This document shows positions 27,483-39,400 of a DNA stretch of 57,795 nt, in pieces (positions within the stretch are counted from its first letter, which is position 1; every line of letters begins with the position of its first letter). The notes beneath the pieces are model-generated. The model was not told the origin of the DNA and did no database searches. It was given only the letters and a program-made list of their open reading frames with translations. The DNA is from a virus (taxonomy: Duplodnaviria > Caudoviricetes). Location of the stretch: positions 1-57,795 of the IMG/VR virus record IMGVR_UViG_3300031857_000216. One strand, written 5' to 3'. The position numbers and the translations under genes were made by a program.

Positions 27483-30400
27483 CTACACCACGGATGGTGG
27501 CACGAACTCCTGAGCGATCCTTTTTCTAATTTTATCGATGAGATCTGTTCTACCTTCTTTTTCAAGATCCATAATCAAACGAAACACGAGCGCCATGACG
27601 TCCGCCTCGAATTTGTCTTCGACACGGTTGATCAGATCAATAAGAGATGTAGACCCTGACGTAATAGCGTCATTCTCGAGGTACAGTCTTGCCTGCTTAA
27701 TGGCTCCTTCGAATCCGCCGCTATACGCGCCAGGCCCCATGACAACTCCAAGAGGCGTGTACCCGTACAAATTCCCGCTCATACCTCTCTCGGCAAGTTG
27801 TTTATAGATCTCAATCGCCTCGTCGATGCCGATCTGCCTTGGGGAGGGAGGGATGCCTGGTACGGCGTCATCGTAGTCGACAGACGGCCGGTATTCGTAT
27901 AGCCTGCCGTCGGGATGAACAATGAGCAGATTTCCGTTGCCTTCCACCCTCGCGTACACCCTCGAACCTATCGGAGCGGTTCTATAGCGAAGACGGCTGC
28001 CTGTCGCGAAATCAAGAAACGTATTGTACAAGACTGCGTCATGTGATGCGTAGTTAGATAGTTCGTAGAGCTCAGGCAACTTGATCAAACCGATCTCCTC
28101 GATGCTGTTCTCGAAGATGTCATCACTTGGGCCCGAGGGGTCCTTTAGTCTTTTCTCGTAGTATCTGGTGTCGAGTGCGTTGAGCCTGACCTTCCTCGAG
28201 GCATTCTGAGAATCCTCGCTCAGCTTGATGAATTCCTCAATTGGCACGCCGTTGATCTCGGTTACGCCTCTTCTTCTGAGCTCCTCAAGTAGATCGTCGC
28301 GGATTTCGCTAGACACAACGACACCAACGGCGGCGTCAATGCCGACGCGACCTTTGATCATCGTCTCATACATAAACGGCAGTGTTTCACTGTAGACTCC
28401 CATCTGATAGCCGCCCTTTGGCGTCCTCGATCCAAACTGATCTGTGGAGTTTGCGTAGAGGTCTGATCTCTCATAGATATTGGCGGCGTCAAAGATGATC
28501 GTCATAGATCCGTACATTGGATCAGCAATCGTCTTAAAGCCTTTTCTTGGAGACAGATAGACGTAGTCCGCGCCACCGCTACTGATGTCTGTCTTGCTTG
28601 ACATGCCGCTGACTGGTATGCCCTCAAGCGTTCTTGACGTCGTAGACAGCAGCGCACCAAACCCGCCGTGCTCGGGGCCGACCAACGCAGCTACAAGATT
28701 CTTAATCATCCAGTCCTGCGCCTCACTCAGGGTGATCTCTTCTCCATACAGAGCCGTGTAGTCGCTTGCTGCGGTCCACCGGTCCGCGGTCATCGTGTGG
28801 ATGAAGAATCCCGTGTCAGTTCTCTCCATCATATCGAAGACAAAGTCTTCAGGCATGATGTAGCGAACTAAGCCCGAGCTGTCTACGACCACCTTCAAGT
28901 CCTCTGGACCGATTCCGTACCTGCTCTTGATCTGCCCAAGAAGATCGTCTCGCCTATCCTGCTCGATGACGTTGTTTGCTGGGTCATTTATGCCAACAAG
29001 TAGACTGATGAGGCGATTCTCGATGAACACCCGCATGTCCTGCTCCTCGGCCGGTCGCGGAGACCGCACTCCCGCCTTCTCAAGAAGCCGAGCGATCACC
29101 TCCGGCGCATCGGCGCCGTCTACCTTGTCTATCGGAACGTCAATAGTGACCATGTTGTGGTATGCATTTGGGCCAGGCAGCCTTGCCTCTGACTGCGAGG
29201 CGATCGAGGTGAGACTTGGGTCTGTCGTCGATCTTACGAGAGTAATGTCGGCATCGGTGTCATCGTCTAGGTAGCTGTATACAGCGGTAGCTGCGCCTCC
29301 GCCCGTCGAAAAGCTCGCAAAGAACCTCTCGCTGATGACGATGTTTCCTTCGTCGTCGACAGAGGTGGTCGGTGCAAGATATCTGTCCCTAACTTCCCAC
29401 TCGGCGTCGTCAGACGCCGCGATCGCGAGATCACTTCCTGCCCACGGAGTCAGCTTGAAGCGAAGACGAAGCATTCTTTCGCCGCTCGGCGTCACGATCG
29501 TCATCGCGCGAACCTCAAGGTCCTCGATGTCGCCGGCGTCGATGGCGGACGCCAGCACCGGCATCTTGTCGCCGTCCTTATTGATGACGCGATCGACGAC
29601 GTCCATGAGAGATGGAACGTCCGTTGATCCGCCAAACGGCTTTGAGCTTAGGCTCTTTGTTGTCTCGGGCTCAAACCTGGGTCTACCCGTTGGCTCGATT
29701 ACGACGGGCTTATCGTCGACTACATCTACAGTTGAGTCAGAGTCCTTCTTGTTGTCCTGGCCAACAACCGCGATTCGGACGCGCTTCACGACGCCGTTGG
29801 AGTCCGTAACCTTGCTGACAACCCTGAACGTCGTGCCGCGGTCAAGAAGAATCTCATGCTCACTTGTGAGGCTGCTCAGTGAGCCAAGAGTCTGGTTGAC
29901 ACTGACTCCGCGCGTGCCCGCCGGCACCGCGATCTCAAGAACAAGTCCAAACTTGTCGTCATCGTCTCCGTACCTAGAGAACTGCTCGCCGGTGCTTGGG
30001 CTCAGACTTGTTGAGGAGTATCCTAGATCGTGAAACACCGCTCCAACAGGGTAGTCGGCGATTTCTCGGGCGTAGTCGCTATGAATGCCACGATGAAGAA
30101 CAAGATCAACCGGCGTGGTTGGCGCCGCCTCAAAGAGCCTGTCGAGATCTGCGACAAGATCATCAGCCTTCTCTCTAAGATTCGCAAGCTCGTCGGGAGT
30201 CTCGACGTAGTGAATGTCGGTTATATCGCCGCCGCGAAGATGCGTGTTGATGCCCATGTAGTCCGTGTCGGTGTAGTTCTCGAGCGCGGTATAGCTCTCC
30301 GCTAGCGGAAGATCATCAAAGTCAATGTCAGGATCGCCCCTATCAACACCGAATTCAGCCTCGTCATACGCAGATGCAAACTTATCCTGCGCGGCTCCAG

Positions 30401-33400
30401 CGGTACTTAGGGGCGCGATTTGGAGGAACGGATCGTCGCCGGCGTCAACGGAGTCGGTCGCCTCGTCGTCGTCGCTTGTTGCCGCAAGAAATATGGACGC
30501 TGCAGATCGCGCAAAGTCGGGGTGGAGCACCCCTTGCTCGCGCATGAGATTGATCTCGTCCGCAGTGAACCACCCGTACTGTGTGTTCTCGCCGTCCGCC
30601 TTCTCAAGGTCAATATTTGGCGATAGAAGAGATGGGTCGGCCTTGAAGATCTGCGTGGTGTATGCCCAACCAGTTGATGGCTCAAACACGTGAGTGCCAA
30701 TGAGGTCGAGGCCCTCGATCATCGCGCCCATCTCCTCAAGGAACTCCTCGCGAGCGGTGATGCCCGTCGTGTCCTTTGAGTTCAGCCTGTCCTTGTGCGC
30801 TCCACCTGGGTACGCCCACTTGCCGCCGCCGCCGGAGATTCCTGGCGCGCGCCTGGCAAGAAGATACGTATGTGAGCCCGTGTACTGGTTTATTTCTGCG
30901 CTGCGGATGAGCGCGCCGGCGGCGCCGTACCTGCCCCAGTATCGTTTTCCATCAATGGCGAAGTAGTATCCCTCGCCGTCGTCTGGGTCAGCCGTTCCGC
31001 CGTTGACCGGAGCAAAGAACGGAAGCATCGGCGGAGTCAGCACCCCGGCGCGGAGATCGTAGACGTCGCTCACCGAGATGTTGTCCGCGCTGTAGACACC
31101 GTCTTCATCCTGTGAGATCTTGTAGCCTCGCCATGTTCCGCCGCCGTCGCCGCCGTCGCCATCCGGCGCTACCTCTTCGACGTCTGGCTGCGGAGCTGGT
31201 GTCTCATCGGTAGTAGGTGCCTCGGTCTTGCGCCTCTGGCCGACCACGGCAACGCGCATGCGTGCAACGCCGCCATCCGGGTACTCAACCTTGCTGACGA
31301 CCCTAAACGTTGTGCCGCGGTCGATAAGAATCTCTTTTTCTTCAAGATTGGAGTCGGCAAGTCTCTCCATGTCAAGAGCATGGCTCCCTGCTGGAAGAAC
31401 AATCTCGACGATTAGTCCCCTGGAGACGGCTTCGAACGAGTACTCGCCCTCGACAAAGGGCAGCGTGGCTGACGCGTCCGTTGACGTCGACGTAAACGCG
31501 TGCTCAACGAAAAGATCGCCGACCTCGGCGTCCTCGAGCATGTCAATATACTCGCTATCTTTTGTTCCGTGAACTCCACGGTACAGAATAACGTCCTGGG
31601 TCGTCGTTGGGTGTAGATCATAGTAGCGATCCATGACCGCAACTTCATCTTTTGAATTCTTCGGTACACCATCGTGGCGACGAAGATCGCTGTTGATCTG
31701 TTGGTATCCATCCTCCACGTATTCCTGGAGAACATCTGGGAGACCGTACTCCTCCTCAAGCACGGGAATCTCGTCGAAGAGGCTAGGGCCGTAGCTCTCG
31801 CGCATCTCAAGAAGCATCTTCTCTACCTCATCTGCGCCGGAGACTGGCGCAGTCTGAAGATCGGGATCGACGTCGCTAAGCGTTGACTCGTCGATGCCCG
31901 GCTGCGGAGAGAACGGGTCGGTCTCGTCGGAGAAGTTTAGCTCGCTGCCCTTCCACATTCCATGTGAGGCAAGTCTTGCGATGGCGTTCGGGGACATGTC
32001 CGATAGCTGAGATGCAGTGGGAGCAAATGCCTTGTTCGTTTCATCGATCACCTGCTCGTTGGCGTACGAGCCGTGGTCAGCATGGAGGCTGCTCTCTACT
32101 CCAAGCTCCATGGCCAACTTGGCTGCGAGCGCGTCGGCACCCTGCGTTGGAGAGTACTGCTCGCCACCCTCGAACACAAGAGCGTTGCGATTTGCCGTCT
32201 CGTCGATCTGCTCTCCGAAGCGAGAGATCGCGGTCTCTCGATCTACGCCCATGAGGTTCATCCAGTATGCTATCGCTTTCTCACGATCTCCTGGGTTGAC
32301 TCCGCCCAACTCCTTGAGCGCATCGGAGTACATCCTGTCAACCTCGTCCTGCGACGTGCCTGGCTCGATCTTCAGGACGCGCACGGAATCCTTGGGAAGC
32401 ACAAGAGGCTGACCGGGAGCCGGCGACATAAAGGTGTCAACGACAAGAAGGTTGTCTAGCGAGTCTGGGTTTCTGTCGATCGTCGGCTGCAACCCGGAGA
32501 CGATGATCCACCTCGGCTTGTCCTCGTGACCCGTTCTAAGCATATGCCCGGCGACAACGTGGTTAAGCGCAAAGTGAATCGTGCCTCGCCCGTAGGCGTA
32601 CCGGCCAATCTCGTCCTCCTGTATCCAGTCTCCGCTTGGGCGCAGAAGCACGTTGCCCTCGTCGTCGTACTCCGGCTCAAACGAAGTCTCGTGAGTAAGC
32701 ATCAGCTGCTCGGTTGTTACTTCCGCGAGACGCCCGTCGGTGATCTGCTTGTTGCCTGACTCCTCAAGAAACTCTTGTTTTTCTCTCCGGCTTTGGGCCT
32801 TTCTTTCGTCTGCAGATTCACGTCCGAGTGAGGCAAGCCTCTCGAACTCTGCCATGGCGTCGCCATCTCCGCGCGAGCCGGCATAGAGAAGCGCTGATAC
32901 GTACGGCGCGACCTGCTGCGGTCCGCCGAATGACTCGTCCCTGTACGCGTCCTCCATGAGATGCGCGACGGCATCGGCAAACTTGATTGCCGTTTCCTTG
33001 CCTTCCTCGCTGTCGTAGTCGAGTCCGGCAATAACGTATGGGTTGATTGGCAGCAGGTCAACGTCGTCGTCCAGTTCAAAGTCAAGATCTACGACGTCCT
33101 CTGGGTCGTCTCTTCTCCAGCTTTGTCCGTAGCCGACGTTGCTTCGTTCCTTGTCCGGTACGCCGAATGCGATTCTTCTCTCGTTGCCGATCCGCCAGAC
33201 GTCGACGGAGATGTTTGCATCGCCAATTCTGACGGATCTTTTCTCGTCGGGCTCCATCTTGAGCTCGCCGTTAGTAAGAATCTTCTCCGCCTTCTTCACC
33301 TTTGCAAGTGGAGCAAGCGCCGATGAACGCAGTTCTTCGTCTATAACTTCAGGGGTTGGAGTCGCCCCCGAAGGGGCGTCACCTTTTGGGACTTGTAACT

Positions 33401-36400
33401 CGTCCAGTAACTCAATGACTCTTTCGACGTCCCTGGGTTTGATGGCTCCACTCGAGATGTATGCGCCGATTAGCTCGGAGATGACCTCGTCGCGCGGCCC
33501 GGGGAAGTCGCCCGCCTGGTCGAGGATCTCCTTGGCGACCTTCTCAAGCGGGTCCTTTTTCTTGGACTTGCTTTCCTTCGCCTTTTCCTCGACGTTCTCT
33601 CGAAGCGCCTCGGTTGTTCCAGCCTCGGGTTCGCCGGCCTCGCCTCCGCCTCCGGAGTCCGGAGCCTCGGGCTCCTTCACTCCGACCGGGCCCTCGCCGT
33701 CGTCATCGCCCTTCTTCTTGGCTGCCGCTTTTGCCGCCGCCTTCTTCGCCTTCTTCTCGGCGGCGTCGGCTGCGTCGATCTCGGCGCGCTCCTCCGGAGT
33801 TACAAGCTCTTCCCAGTTCGCCGGGCGCTTGCCCATCGGAATGTTCGGGTTGTAGATCCAGAGCCTCTGATCGTCGTCGTCCTTGACGACGGTCAGAGTG
33901 CGTGTGCCCTTTGAGAGATACTCGTTTGGTTCGTGATCGTCTCTCCGAACGAAGACGTTGTGCCAACCGTTCTTGCTGTAGCGAAGCACCGTACCGATGA
34001 AGCCCCACTTGTCGCGAACTCGCATACCGGGAACGATGAACTCGCCGTCACGGCTCCAGCCGCGCTCGGTGAGCTCCGGCGGTGGCAGCGCGTCGCCGAT
34101 CGGTCGGTTGTACCGCTGCTCGTTGAGAGTGACTCTAACCTCGTTGATGTAATCGCTAAGAACGTCCGCGTCAACGGCGTCCTCGCCGGTGCCGGAGATC
34201 TTTGGCATGTCGTCAAGAATGGCGGTAAGACGCTCGACAGCCTCGACGTCGTCAATCTCGCCAGACTCGTATGCGCGGCGGACCTCGTTGAAGTCGTCGA
34301 TGACCTTCTCGATCGCCTTGCGAACGGACGGCTTCTTGAAGTTTGTCGTCTCGGGGTCGATGATGCTTTCGGCAAACTCGCTTGCCTCCTCGAAGCGCTT
34401 CTGAACGTCGAAGGTCTTCTGCTCGGCGCTGACTCCTTCACCGGGAGTAAACTCGGTGCGATCAACTCCGTCTGCCTCGGGAGTCTCGTCGGGGATGCTC
34501 GATGTCGATGGTGCGTCCTCGGAGTCCACCTCTCCGCTCGTGACGGCCTCCGGGTCGCTAAGCTCGCCTGGCTTGACCGTCGCCGCGTCGATGAGGTCGT
34601 CAAGCGACGGAACGAGACAGTCGTCGTCACCAACCGCCGCGACAAGTCCGGACGCGTTGACTCCGCCGCCACCGCAGTTCCACGCCGCTGCAATCGCCTT
34701 GTCCATCTCGTAGCGTGCAACCTCGTCGCGATGACGCTCGAGGGCGGCGTCGTACTCCGCCTTCTTCTCATCGTAGCGATCGCGCTGCCCCTTGAGCGAG
34801 TCTAGTCGAGTGTCGGCGTCAGGCTTGCTGGGCGCGTCATCGAGCAGCGATGCGAGCAGGCCGCCCGTACCCTCGGCGTCCGCGTCGGCGGTGTGCCAGT
34901 TCTCAAGGTCGATTCCGTAGTGCTCAAGAAGCTGCGGCAGCCTGTGGCCCGCGGGGCCATCGGGGTTGCTAGCGGAGCGGCGCTCAAGAAGCGTGCGGGC
35001 AAGAACGAGCGTGTCGATGTAGCCGCCCGGCTCGTAATCAATGCTTGCATCGGCAAGAGCTCTTTCGAAGACGCCGCGATCGAACGGCATGTTGTGCGCT
35101 GCAAGAATCGCGTCAGGTCCAGCCCACTCGAGGAAAGCCGCGTGCGCCTCGCCCATGCCGGTCTGCTGCGCGAGGTACTCGTCGCTCAGCGAGTCGCCGT
35201 CGGCATCCTTGAGGTTTGCGCGCGACCACTCGCCGAGTGCCTCCCGAGGATCCATGAAGATGTTGAATCGGTCGACGACCTCGCCGTTGAGCATGCGCAC
35301 GGCGCCGAGCTGAACGGGCTTGTTCGTGTTGCCGGGATCAAAGCCCGTTGTCTCATAGTCAAAGACAACGATCTCGCGGGCCGCGATGGCTCGCTTGATC
35401 TCGGCCCAGTCCTTGGCGCCGGCGACAACGTCGGCGATGCGGCCCTGGAACGCCGGCTCGTCTGGCCTGCGCGGCGCCTTGGGACGATGCAGCGCCGGAG
35501 CGTCGCCCTTGGGCGGAGTTACTCCGCCGCGGCGAGCGTCGATGACGGTATTCTCGTTCCACTCCTTGCGCTGCGACTCGTGCCCGGGGAAGTATCCCTG
35601 AACGCTGACCTTGCCCTTGGGAGTCGCCTCGTCGCGGAACACGGACTCAATCACGAACGAGTCGCCGAGGGTCACGTCGCCAGGCTTGAGGTCCTGGGCG
35701 GCGTATCCGGTCTCGATGAGCTCCGGCTCATCAAGCTCCGTCGTGTCCTCGACGCCGAAGCGCTCGAGCAGGTAGCGCCTGCGGTTCTTCAGGCGCTCCT
35801 TGAGAAGAGCGGCGTCGTCTGGGTTGGTCACGATGTTGTCGACGAGCTCGTCAATCTGGCTCGGGCTGATGTTGAGAAGAAGCTTCACGCTCTCGCGGAC
35901 GTCGTCGTCGGTCATCGATCCAAAGACCGAGCCGCTATACCAGTTGACGTCCTCGTCGCGCATCGAGTCAATCTCAAGCACCTCGTCGCCAAACGAGTCC
36001 TTGGGACGACCCTGAGCTCGCCACATGAGCGCGCCGCCCGGATCGACGCGAACGGGATCGCCGTTTGCATCGGTGACGATGTTGTCGTATCCGGTGCCTG
36101 TTACGTCGTAGTTGGCGAGCCACGCGTCGATCGCAAAGTATTTGCGGATCTTGTCAAGGTACGCCTCGTCGCCGCGCATCACCCGCTCTTCAAAGTCTGC
36201 GGTGTCTGCGTCGGGAATAAGAATGGAGACGATGCGGTCCTTGCCATCGTCGGTGCCAGGGCGCACCTTCGCCGCGGGAACGCCAAGCGCCTCGTAGAGC
36301 ACCGACGCGAGAACCTCGTTGTCGAGGTGCGAGCGGGACTTGGGCGTCTTGACGTAGTATCCGCTGCCGTCGGGCGCCTGGTAGAAGCCGCCGGGATTGG

Positions 36401-39400
36401 ATCCGGCCTGGCCACCGGTCTTTGTCCAGCCCGTGGTGTCGATTGTCTCAAGCTGAATCGGGGGAAGCTCTGGGCCGGCGTCAACGTCAACGTCGGCAGG
36501 CTCCTCACGGCGCTCTGGCTTGCGAAGCTCGACGATGATCTCGTCCGCGTAGCCAAGACCCGAGGGCTGGCGGCGAACCGACGCCACCTCGAGCTGGCCG
36601 AACGACAGATTCTCGTTTTCTCCGGTGAACCAAGAGACCGGCGTCACGTCAACGGAGTTGATCGTGCCGGGCGGCGCGACGAAGACAACGCGATGGTGAC
36701 GTGGATCGTCAGGCGCAAATGTCATCGCATCGACGGCTCGGCCGCCGGTGCTGTCCGTCGTCGAGAACGGCCTCGGGTCGAAGCTGATGATCGAGCCCTC
36801 CGTGGTGTAGAGGTTGAACAACTCCGTGTCGTCAGGCGACACCGGAACGACGCGGTATAGCGGCTGCGTGTTTGTTCGCGACATCTGCTTGATCAACCTC
36901 ATGAACGCACCGGCGGCTCCAGTGTCGTCTAGGCCGCGCTCTCCGCCGGCGATCAAGCCACGGTTGCGCACGAAATCGCTGAAGTCGCCGTACTCGTCGA
37001 GGAACTCCTCGTAGGTTTCTCCCGGGGAGCCCTCGGTCCCGCGTGCTGAGTGGTATTTTACGAGAGCGTTGAATAGCCTTCCGCGGAAGCCGTTGGGATC
37101 GCTGTAGTCGTAGCGGTCGGACGAGCCCCCGTCAAGTGAGAGAAGCATTCCCCAAAGACCGGCAAACGCCTCGCGTTCCTCGGCGTCGTCGCTGTAGGCA
37201 AGAGGTAGGTACCCGTCAAGAACCAAGTCAAGGCTTTCGCCAAACTCAAAGACGTCGTCATCAAAGGCGCGGTTGAGCTCGTCGGCGAGGCTAACCATCG
37301 TCGGGTTCGTCTCCTGGTACCCGTCGATCTGCTCGAACACGCGGCGCATGCGGTCGGAAAGACCCTTGCCCCTGCGCCACTGATCGCTCTCGTCTGTCGA
37401 GTCACCCTTTGGCACCTTTGTCGACGGCAAGAGTTGATCGTCAGCCTGGTCAAGAAGTCGCATGTCAGCGGCACGGGAGTCGTAGCGCCTGGTGTTTTCT
37501 GTGCCACCAAGACCGGAGTCATAGATCACCGCAAGAATCCGCTCCGGATCCTCGCCAAGCATACGGAGAGCGTCGTAGAGCGCCTCGGCTGGAACGGCCT
37601 CGTCGCCCTCCTCAAACTCCACCATTCCGTAGCCGGTTGCCTCGTCTCCTCTCCTAGGGAGAACGGCATCGGCCAGTGCAAGCGTCAGCTCCTCACGGGT
37701 GTACTTAGACAGACCCAAAGGATCGTCTGTGTAGTCCGGGCTGACCTCGTCCGTGCGCCCCTTGGGCAGGTAGTTGTCAAAGATGTTGAGCTTGTATCCA
37801 CCGTCAGGTGTCTCAAAGAGGTAGTCATACTCCTTGATCTCGGCCTCGTCCATCTTGCGCGGGCCGGGGCCGCCGGGGCCGCCTGCGGGTGGCTCGCCGG
37901 GGGCGCCGGGGCCCATCCTTCGAAGCTCGTCCTCGGCGCTCAGCTTTGCGTCGCGCTCTGACGCGTACCGATTTGACGAGATGCGCTCGACGGGCTCACC
38001 GGTGACCTTATCGGTCGAGTGCTGAATGTGGAAGAAGTTACCGTCCTCGTCTTGATCTACGGTGTAGTAGACTCCCTCGCCGGTTAGCCTGAGCGTTCCG
38101 TCTGCGTCGGGTCGCCAATCGCCGAAGCGGCCGGCTACGGAGTCCGGCGGGCTCTTAGGCCTATAGCCGTAGGTTCCATAATCTCCAACGGGGCCCGTGT
38201 AGATCCACTTATCCTCACCGGGCAGGTCACCCTCCGGATTTAGCTCCCAGTTGGCCGGATCATTGATCGCCTCCATCGCACGCTCAAAATCGGCAAGAAC
38301 GCGGCGGGCGACGCTGTCGTCGTCGTCGATCTGCTCGTTGAGTGGCTTGAGGCCTTCCTCGCGAAGATCCTGGATTAGCTGATCGCGCTCGGGGTAGAAG
38401 CCCTCCCAGACGAGGTAGTCAGCTAGGCCGCCGGAGCCGCGGCTAAAGAACTCGGTCTCGGCCTGCTCGAATTGCTCGGCGGTCGTAGGTATGTAGGGCA
38501 CGCTGGTGCGAGAAGCAAGACGCTCGTTGTCCATCTCACGGAGCTGATCAAACACGCGGTCGGATGGGTCGACGTCGTATGTCGGGTCTCCAACGCGCTT
38601 CATACCCTCGCGACGAAGAGCCTCGATCGTTGGGTGACCGTCCTCGTAGATTCCCTCGTCAACGAGGAAGTCAGCAAGTCCGACGTCGCCTCTGCTGTCG
38701 TATGCGCGCTTGCCGCGCTCCGTAAGCGTCAGATCGACGATGTTTGCGAGGTCGGGGTTAGACTCAATCTCGTCGATCTTCGACGTGCGGAAGTGGTTCT
38801 CAGCCCAGCGCTTTGCCTCATCGGCAGATTCAAAGGAGTCACGGTGGTACTCGCCTACGCCTTGCCAGCCGTCCTCGGTGCCTTCGTATCGCTCAACGTA
38901 GTACTTTCCATCATCATCCTTGACAACGGCGTAGAGGCGATTACCCCTAGGCTGGAACATCTCCGTGTCCGGGTCCGCCGGCCGAGTGGTCCAGTACTCG
39001 ACGGGCGCTCCGGCATTGTAGCCGTCGATGAGCTCACGCGCTGGCTTGCCGGAGTTCTCGGGGCGGCGGACATATGACGCGAATCCAGGGTCGTTGGAGA
39101 TCATCTCGCGGAATGTCGCGTTCGTCTCACGAACGTTGTCGGCTACGCCCTCCGCGGGCGCGCCGATCTTCGGCGGACTGTTGTCAAGATCACGCAGGTA
39201 GTCAAACGCATTCTGAACAGCGGTTGCCTCATCGACGTCACCGTCGCGACGGTCGGTGGTCAAGTCACGGGCAATCTTGCTGTCGCTCTCGACGCCGAGG
39301 CCATCAACGAGGTAGCTGTAGAGTGCGCGGTTATCGCCAATGTCATAGAGGCTGCGTCCGCGATCCTCAAGCTCGCCGGGGACAACATACGACGAGAGGT

